From: an uncultured Candidatus Binatia bacterium
Lineage (GTDB): Bacteria > Desulfobacterota > Binatia > UBA9968 > JAJDTQ01
NCBI GenBank assembly: GCA_965242525.1
Contig: OZ251459.1
Coordinates: forward strand, 2,048,001 to 2,112,000
Direction of reading: 5' to 3'
Length of the DNA stretch: 64,000 bases
Below are positions 57,288 through 64,000 of the stretch, one piece after another. The stretch's first letter is position 1. Each line of letters starts with the position of its first letter. The notes beneath the pieces are model-generated. The model did no database searches, had not been told where the DNA came from, and saw nothing but the letters and a program-made list of their open reading frames with translations. The position numbers and the translations under genes were made by a program.

Positions 57288-58325
57288 ATGGACAAGGTTC
57301 CCATCATCGACGCGGACGGCCACATACTCGAAGAGAACGACGAGATCGAGGAGTACTTCGAGGGTCCCTACGAGGGCCACCGCCGGCACAAGGTGTTCAC
57401 GCTGTTCCCCTCGCTGGACGGCTGGCCCCGGGGGGCGGTCAAGGGGCTCAGGAAGGCGACGCAGACCTCGCCCGAGAGCTGGATGGAGTTCATCGACGGG
57501 GCAGGCATCGACGCCGCGGTGCTCTATCCCACCGCGGGCCTGGGGTTCGGCCTGATCCAGGACTCCGACTGGGCGTGCGCGCTGGCCCGGGCCTACAACA
57601 ACTGGTTCCACGACAAGTACGCCCGCACCAGCCCGCGCCTCAAGGGGGTGGCGCTGCTGCCGGTGCACGACGTGCCGCAGGCGGCGGCGGAGCTGCGCCG
57701 GGCGGTGACGGAGCAGGGGATGGTTGCGGGACTGCTGCCCGCGGTCAACGTGCTCCACAAGGGGTTCGGACACTCCGACTTCCACCCTCTCTACGATGAG
57801 GCGCAACGGCTGGGCTGCCCGCTGGCCATCCACGGCGCCCCGAGCCAGGGGCTGGGGTTCGATTACCTGAAGACCATGTCCATGATCCACACCCTGGAGC
57901 ACCCCATCGCCCAGATGATCCAGCTCGCCAGCATGGTGCTCGACGGGGTGTTCGAACTCTTCCCCGACCTGCGGGTGGGCTATCTGGAAGCCGGCGCCGG
58001 CTGGGTGCCGTACATGATGGACCGCATGGACGACAAGTTCCACGTGGACCGCAAGCGCAAGCACTTCCCCCTCGGGAAGCTGCCCAGCGAGTACGTGCGG
58101 GGAGGCAACGTCTTCGTCACCTGCGAACTGGACGAGAAGGTCCTCGACGCGGTGGCCAGGGAGATGGGCGAGGACTGCCTCATGTATCCGTCGGACTTCC
58201 CGCACGAGAAGGCGGTGGGCGAGTTCGGCGCCGACATCCCCGAGTTCCTCCAACGGCCCGACCTGTCCGAGGGCCTCAAGAAGAAGGTCCTCTACGACAA
58301 CGCCAAGCGGTTCTACGGACTTTGA
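57288..58325 (+). CDS. Amidohydrolase_2 family protein
   Basis: IDADGH, YNNW, LEAGAGWVP, SDFPH, NAKRFY. Confidence 0.9.
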   Translation: MDKVPIIDADGHILEENDEIEEYFEGPYEGHRRHKVFTLFPSLDGWPRGAVKGLRKATQTSPESWMEFIDGAGIDAAVLYPTAGLGFGLIQDSDWACALARAYNNWFHDKYARTSPRLKGVALLPVHDVPQAAAELRRAVTEQGMVAGLLPAVNVLHKGFGHSDFHPLYDEAQRLGCPLAIHGAPSQGLGFDYLKTMSMIHTLEHPIAQMIQLASMVLDGVFELFPDLRVGYLEAGAGWVPYMMDRMDDKFHVDRKRKHFPLGKLPSEYVRGGNVFVTCELDEKVLDAVAREMGEDCLMYPSDFPHEKAVGEFGADIPEFLQRPDLSEGLKKKVLYDNAKRFYGL

Positions 58326-58340
58326 GGCGAACGGCCGCGG

Positions 58341-59783
58341 TCAACCCAGGCGCAGGGAGAGGTCCGGCCTGCGGATGAAGATCTGCCGAGTCTCGGAACG
58401 CTCGGTCAGGGACCGGATCAGCCCCACCAGGTTCCCGGCGTTGGCGGGCCGGCGCGGCGCCTGTTGCATGGCCCGGACGTCGTCCTCGGAGGTGAGGTAG
58501 CGCAACAGCAACTCGTCGTCCGACACGCCGGCGCCGCCGACCTGCCGCCGCAACTCCTCGACGGACGTCCGGGGCAGCTCCCAGTTCCGAAGCTCTCTGG
58601 CCCGGGGCCGGTCCAGGATACGGTCCCGGACGTCCGCGTCCATGGACGAGCTTTCCTCCTCCCCCCAGAAACCCAGGGCGTACTGGATCACCTCGTCGGT
58701 GACCTGCTCGTAGCGCCGGCCCAGGATCACGTTGATGGCGCACTGGGTCCCCACGAACTGGGAGTAGGGAGTGACCATGATGGGATAGCCGAACTCCGCC
58801 CGCACCCGGCATGCCTCTTCCAGCACCTCCCCCAGCCGCTCGCCCATGCCGATGCCGGCGAGCTGGTGCCGCAGGTTCGAGATCATCCCCCCGGGCACCT
58901 GGTGCACGAAGTGGTAAGCGTCGTAGTGGAGGGGAACCCCGACGGGGAAGCCCTCCCGCTTGGCCACACGGGTAAAATGCTCCGACACCGGGGCGAGGAC
59001 CTCCTCGTCGATGACCGGGGCGTAGCCCAGGGCCCGGGCGTTCCGGGCGACGCTGAACAGCGACGGGTTCGACGAACCGTTCGCCAGCGGGGGCAGCGCC
59101 GCATTGATGATGGGGATGCCGGCCCGGATGGCGTCCAGCGTGCACAGGGGACCGAGGCCGCTGTTGCAGTGGGTGTGGAACTCCACGGGAACGCCGCCGG
59201 CGTTTTCGAGCACCACCGGCGCCAGCGACCGGGTGCGCTCGGGGGTCAACAGGCCGCCGGGGTCCTTCAGGCAGATGCGCTTCACCGGGAGCCTGGCGGC
59301 TTCCCGGGTGCGTTCCGCGTAGTAGTCGTCCGTGTGTTTCGGCGAGATGGAGAAGATCAGGTTGACGATGGTCTCCAGGCCGGCCGCGGTGGCGGTGCGG
59401 ACCTGCTCGGCCCACACCGCGGGGGTGTTGGAAGGGTCGGAGGTCCGGGCCTCGCCGATGCCGTTGGCCGACAGGCGTTCGAGCCAGAGCTGGTTCACCT
59501 CCGGAGGGGTATGCTGGAACGCCGCCATGTAGCGGTTCCGGATCAGGCGCAGCGGGGTCCTGGGGACCAGTTCCTTCACCCGGCGAACGCGCTCCCAGGG
59601 GTCGTCCCTGAGCTCCCGCACGCACTTCTTGAAGAAGGCCGAGGCGATGATCTCCAGGGCCAGGAAACCGGCCTCGTCCATCCGGGAGGCCACCGGCAAG
59701 ATCATGTCCGTGGTGATGCCCATGGCCCAGAGGCTCGATGGACCGTCCCGCAGCGTGGTATCGACGAAATGGACTTCGTTCAT
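58341..59783 (-). CDS. Pyruvate carboxylase B / oxaloacetate decarboxylase alpha-like carboxyltransferase (no biotinyl domain)
   Basis: DTTLRDG, DPWER, LKDPGG, HTH, HQVPGGMISNL, GYPIMVTPYSQ. Confidence 0.85.
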   Translation of the reverse strand: MNEVHFVDTTLRDGPSSLWAMGITTDMILPVASRMDEAGFLALEIIASAFFKKCVRELRDDPWERVRRVKELVPRTPLRLIRNRYMAAFQHTPPEVNQLWLERLSANGIGEARTSDPSNTPAVWAEQVRTATAAGLETIVNLIFSISPKHTDDYYAERTREAARLPVKRICLKDPGGLLTPERTRSLAPVVLENAGGVPVEFHTHCNSGLGPLCTLDAIRAGIPIINAALPPLANGSSNPSLFSVARNARALGYAPVIDEEVLAPVSEHFTRVAKREGFPVGVPLHYDAYHFVHQVPGGMISNLRHQLAGIGMGERLGEVLEEACRVRAEFGYPIMVTPYSQFVGTQCAINVILGRRYEQVTDEVIQYALGFWGEEESSSMDADVRDRILDRPRARELRNWELPRTSVEELRRQVGGAGVSDDELLLRYLTSEDDVRAMQQAPRRPANAGNLVGLIRSLTERSETRQIFIRRPDLSLRLG

Positions 59784-59978
59784 GCCCGCCAGCATACAGG
59801 TTTCGGAAGCCGAGGGACAGCGCGCGTTGTGGATCCGCGGCGGACGTGGTAGTGGTTCAGCCGGAAGGGTCGAAGCCGCGGAGTCCTCGTTGCGTCCGTC
59901 TTGCGCCCGCGGCGGAGTGCCCCGTTCCCGGTTCGACCCGACCCTCGCCTCCCCCGTCCCCCGCGGGCGCAGACGAAC

Positions 59979-60863
59979 ATGGCCGCAAGCAAGAAGAAAT
60001 GGCTCGCGGGAACCGCGGTTCTCATGCTGCTGGCCGCGGCCGGCTTCGGCTTCTGGGTGTGGTCGTCGCTGGGCTACGTCACCACCGACGACGCCCGGGT
60101 CAAGGCCGACATCGTCACCATCAGCACGGAGGCGCCGGGCAGGATCCTGGCGCTGCGGAAGGACGAAGGCGACAGCGTGGAGCCCGGCGAGGTCATGGTG
60201 GAGCTCGACCCGCGCGAGGTCCGGATACGGATCGAACGACACCGGGCCGCGGTGGACCGGGCCCGGAGCCGGCTCCTGCAAGCGGAGCGGGAGGTCCGCC
60301 ACGCGCGCGCGAGGCGGCAACCGGAACTCGCCGAGGTCCGGGAGGCCGACCTGCTGGCCAGGAAGGCCCGGGTGCGGGAGGCGGAAGCCGAGTTGAAGGA
60401 GCTCCGGTTCCGGTTGGGCCTGATGAGCGTGCGCAGTCCGGTGAAAGGGCTGGTGGTGAAGAAGAACTCCCACCCCGGCGAGTTCGTGCAGCCCGGCCAA
60501 CCCGTGTTCATGGTGGTGGACTCCAGCCGTTACTGGGTGGAAGCCAACGTGGACGAGACCGAGATCCGTTTCGTCAAGCCCGGCAACAGGGCCGCGGTGC
60601 GGCTGGATTCGTATCCGGGAGTCCGGTTCGAGGGCAAGGTCGTGGACGTGGGGGGCGCCACCACGTCCGAGTTCTCCCTCTTCTCGCCCCACAAGCTCAC
60701 CGGGGTCTTCATCAAATCGACCCAGAAGCTACCGGTGAAGATCGCGGTCGAGGACACCGACGGGATACTGCGGGTGGGAATGCTCGCGGTGGTTCGGATC
60801 GAGAAGCCCGAAACCCGGCAGGATCGGCCGGAAGCCGGCGGCCGGCCGGGCTTGCAGCCGTGA
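59979..60863 (+). CDS. HlyD/EmrA-family membrane fusion protein
   Basis: N-terminal TM, TDDA, SPVKG, ANVDET, PVKI, GM. Confidence 0.88.
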   Translation: MAASKKKWLAGTAVLMLLAAAGFGFWVWSSLGYVTTDDARVKADIVTISTEAPGRILALRKDEGDSVEPGEVMVELDPREVRIRIERHRAAVDRARSRLLQAEREVRHARARRQPELAEVREADLLARKARVREAEAELKELRFRLGLMSVRSPVKGLVVKKNSHPGEFVQPGQPVFMVVDSSRYWVEANVDETEIRFVKPGNRAAVRLDSYPGVRFEGKVVDVGGATTSEFSLFSPHKLTGVFIKSTQKLPVKIAVEDTDGILRVGMLAVVRIEKPETRQDRPEAGGRPGLQP

Positions 60864-60916
60864 CGGGACCCGCCGGACGCTGACACGACCCTGCTCGCCA
60901 ACCCTCGTCCCCGCGC

Positions 60917-62524
60917 ATGATCCCTGCCGCGCCCCGCGTACAGAGCTACGACCCGGCCCACAAGTGGCCCGTCACCGTCACCCTGTCCCTGGGGATGATC
61001 GGCGTGGGCCTGGGCATCACCGGCATCGACATCGCCATCCCGGCCATGATGTCGTCCCTGGGCACCTCGCTGGACCGGATCCAGTGGGTGCTGATCGCCT
61101 TCATGATCACCCGCACGGTGCTCATCCCCTGCGTGGGCTGGCTGGGGCAGCGCATCGGCGACCGCAACCTCTTCATGTGGAGCGCCGCCACCTTCGCGCT
61201 GGGCTCGTTCCTGTGCTCCATCGCCTGGGACGTCAACTCCCTCGTCTTCTTCCGCATCCTGCAGGGCATGGGCGTGGGGCCGCTCATCGGCGTGTCCATG
61301 TCCATCATGTACGAGGCCTTCCCGCGCAACGAACGCGGGCTGGCCATGGGCCTGTTCATGACCGGCTGGTCGCTGGGTCCCTTCTTCGGACCCCTGGCGG
61401 GGGGCTACCTGGCCCAGTACGTAAGCTGGCGGACCATCTTCTACCTGCCCCTTCCCACCCTGGTCCTCAGCATCGCCGCGGCCGCCTTCGTCCTTCCCCG
61501 CAGGACCTCGGCCCACAACCCCCCGGCCTTCGACCTCCTGGGGTTCGCCACCCTCACCGGCGGACTGGTGGCCATGCTCCTGGGCCTCACCCAGGGACAG
61601 GAAGCGGGTTGGACCGACCGGCGCATCCTCTCCCTGTTCGGGGCCGCGGCGCTGCTCATCGCCCTGTTCATCGCCGCCGAGCTCCGGGCGGCGAACCCCT
61701 ACGTGCAACTCCGCTACTTCCGGAGCGCCAACTTCAGCATCTCCAACGTCATCGTGCTGGTGCGGGTCATGGGCTTTCGCGGCACCAGCTTCATACTGAA
61801 CCTGTTCCTCCAGCGGGCGCTCCACTACACGCCGTTCCAGGCGGGCGTCTTCATGCTTCCCGCGGCCATCGCCGTGGGCGTGGTCTCCCCTTTCGCCGGC
61901 ATGTTGTCGGACCGGTTCGGCCCGCGGCTCCTGCTGGTGCTGGGGCTCGTGCTCCTCGCCGGCACGCTGTTCGGACTCTCCACCGTCACCCTCTGGACCG
62001 GCGTGGGACTGATCTACTTCCTGGTGGTGCTCAAGAGCGTGGGGCAGTCCACCATCAACGCGCCGCTGAACTCCATCGCCCTGGGCGCGCTCCCCGAAGG
62101 CGAGTCGCGCATGGGGAGCGGCATCCTGGGGCTCAGCCGGGGCCTGGGCGAGGCGTTCGGCATCGCCACCCTGAGCTTCCTGCTCGAACGCCACGTCTTC
62201 TACAAGGTGGAAGCCATGACGCCGCTGCTGGGCGCCCGGCTGACCGAGGGCCTGCGCGACCACGTGATGGCCCAAATGCGCGCCCTGCTGCAGCACGCCG
62301 GCCAATACGGCGGCGCCCTGGAGGAAAGGGCCCAGTCCCTCTTGGGCTACAGCCTGCTCGGCGAGGGCGTAACCCAAGCCTACCACGAGATCTTCACCCT
62401 GATCGGCCTCGCGTACCTGGCCCTGGTGATCATGGTGTGGCTGCTCAGGACCGGGAAGGCGCAACCCGCTCCCGCCACGGAACCGACCCCCACCGGCGCC
62501 GTTCGATCAGCCGGAACCTCCTGA
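60917..62524 (+). CDS. DHA2/EmrB-family MFS efflux permease
   Basis: Multi-TM profile, QWV, GWL, FRILQG, FPRNERG, GPLAGG, FDLLG. Confidence 0.88.
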   Translation: MIPAAPRVQSYDPAHKWPVTVTLSLGMIGVGLGITGIDIAIPAMMSSLGTSLDRIQWVLIAFMITRTVLIPCVGWLGQRIGDRNLFMWSAATFALGSFLCSIAWDVNSLVFFRILQGMGVGPLIGVSMSIMYEAFPRNERGLAMGLFMTGWSLGPFFGPLAGGYLAQYVSWRTIFYLPLPTLVLSIAAAAFVLPRRTSAHNPPAFDLLGFATLTGGLVAMLLGLTQGQEAGWTDRRILSLFGAAALLIALFIAAELRAANPYVQLRYFRSANFSISNVIVLVRVMGFRGTSFILNLFLQRALHYTPFQAGVFMLPAAIAVGVVSPFAGMLSDRFGPRLLLVLGLVLLAGTLFGLSTVTLWTGVGLIYFLVVLKSVGQSTINAPLNSIALGALPEGESRMGSGILGLSRGLGEAFGIATLSFLLERHVFYKVEAMTPLLGARLTEGLRDHVMAQMRALLQHAGQYGGALEERAQSLLGYSLLGEGVTQAYHEIFTLIGLAYLALVIMVWLLRTGKAQPAPATEPTPTGAVRSAGTS

Positions 62525-62805
62525 CGGACGGAGCGCACGCTTCCGCCGGCCCGATGGAGTCGAGGCCGCGCCGGAAACTCGCCCTACCCTTCGACGACGT
62601 CCCCCGGTGAACGCGCCCTGCTCTTGCTTGTCAATACTTATGAAGTTGACCCGATCCCCCTGATGGTACAGAATCCCGCCAAGCACTTGGACCACGCCAA
62701 AAAGGTGGTCGTAGCGGCCCGATACTACGACCTGCCGGCCGACGCAGTGGAGCAAACGGCGTTCGGACAACGCGAGAGGCGAGGGTAGAGCAAGGACACA
62801 GCCGG

Positions 62806-64000
62806 ATGCGTGTAACACGAGTCGAGATCGAGAACTTTCGGTCGATAAAACACTTGGTCGTCGATCTCGGCGAAACGACGGTGTTCGTTGGCCCGAACAA
62901 CGCCGGCAAGACGGCGATCCTCGAAGCGTTGCGAATCGCCTTGATGCGCCGCTGGGGGCAGCATGGCACCGGATTCACCGAGTACGACGTGCACCTCACA
63001 AGCGATGCCGACGACCCCAAGACTTCCAAGGGCGTAAGCATTGAGCTCCACACGGAAGAGTCCAGGCCGGAAGAGTGGCCCGAAACCATCGGACAGGATC
63101 TCGAACAGATCGTGCAACTGAACCCGAATACGGGCGTCCGGTCCATTGCTTTGCGAGTGACGTGCGCCTGGAGCGAGGACAGCGCAGCGTTCGAGCCAAG
63201 TTGGGAGTTCCTCAACGCAGCCCGTGACCCACTCCCCGGCCGGAGCGCCCGCCGCATGAACCTCGAACGGTTCTGGCGCTATCTCCCGGTGTTCTATCTC
63301 AGCGCCTTGCGCCAAGTCGACGACGAGTTCTCCCCGCGTTCACAGTTCTGGGGACGGCTGCTCAAGGCCCTCGAGATTCCGGCAGGTCTGGAATCGCGGA
63401 TCATGAGGGTCCTCGACGTCCTCAACCGCCGTTTGCTGAACGCCGACCCACGCTTGCAGGAGATTGCCAAGACGTTGTCCGGAGCTACCCGGATCTCCGC
63501 CCGCGACAAACAGGGCGGCCTGGATCTGCGCATGGTCCCTCTGAAAACATGGGATCTGCTTTCGAAGGCGGAGATCATCCTGCGAAACGAATCCGATTGG
63601 CCGTGGCTGCCATTGCAACGGCAGGGTCAGGGAGTACAGAGCCTTTCGGTGATCTTCCTGTTCCAGGCATTCGTGGATCATCTTCTCCGGGAACTGTACG
63701 AGCAGGAAAGCGAACCGGTGCTGGCTCTCGAGGAGCCCGAAACCCACCTGCATCCCCAGGCCGCGCGCACCTTGTGGACGCATATCCGCGATCTGCCGGG
63801 CCAGAAGATCGTGACCACACACTCGCCGTACTTCGTCCAGCACGTCCCTTTTCGGAGTCTGCGTCTCGTGCGTCTCACCGAGCAGGGAACGGAAGTCAGA
63901 TGGTTGCCCGCGAGCTTCTCCGCGACGACGATTCCATTTGTGGATACCCTACGGACCGTTGTCGCGGGTTCGGGCGGAGCTCTCCACTACGAGGAGGCGT
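62806..64000 (+). CDS. OLD-family ATP-dependent endonuclease (GajA-like), runs off the window
   Basis: MRVTRVEIENFRSI, GPNNAGKT, QGQGVQSL, LEEPETHLHP, TTHSP; no stop before 64000, so absent from the ORF track. Confidence 0.85.
   Translation, partial: MRVTRVEIENFRSIKHLVVDLGETTVFVGPNNAGKTAILEALRIALMRRWGQHGTGFTEYDVHLTSDADDPKTSKGVSIELHTEESRPEEWPETIGQDLEQIVQLNPNTGVRSIALRVTCAWSEDSAAFEPSWEFLNAARDPLPGRSARRMNLERFWRYLPVFYLSALRQVDDEFSPRSQFWGRLLKALEIPAGLESRIMRVLDVLNRRLLNADPRLQEIAKTLSGATRISARDKQGGLDLRMVPLKTWDLLSKAEIILRNESDWPWLPLQRQGQGVQSLSVIFLFQAFVDHLLRELYEQESEPVLALEEPETHLHPQAARTLWTHIRDLPGQKIVTTHSPYFVQHVPFRSLRLVRLTEQGTEVRWLPASFSATTIPFVDTLRTVVAGSGGALHYEEA

Noticed and set aside
62550-62790. Possible small or frameshifted ORF before the OLD-family gene
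   Set aside because: No clear start or recognisable motif

Overview
GC-rich bacterial chromosomal window. It carries housekeeping and catabolic genes: the ychF 3' end, a TRAP transporter, an AmpG-like permease, tRNA-Ser, tcuAB, asparaginase, an extracellular nuclease, a Mo-hydroxylase with ferredoxin and flavoprotein, an LLM/nitrilase/amidohydrolase cluster and an EmrAB-like efflux pair. Several putative anti-phage loci are interspersed. The main one (about 21.1-46.6 kb) is an SNF2 helicase-DUF3883 / DUF1156 methyltransferase / DUF499 ATPase operon. Its intervals hold six ABC-type ATPase modules (TOPRIM-type or possibly PIN-type partners), an AlbA_2 protein and an MNT-HEPN pair. Most effector genes in the array are internally deleted down to their two termini, while most ATPase genes remain. 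Intergenic DNA contains two families of REP-cored miniature elements with terminal inverted repeats. One family forms a deletion series back to a GIY-YIG nuclease gene remnant. All family calls come from reading motifs by eye; no database searches were run.
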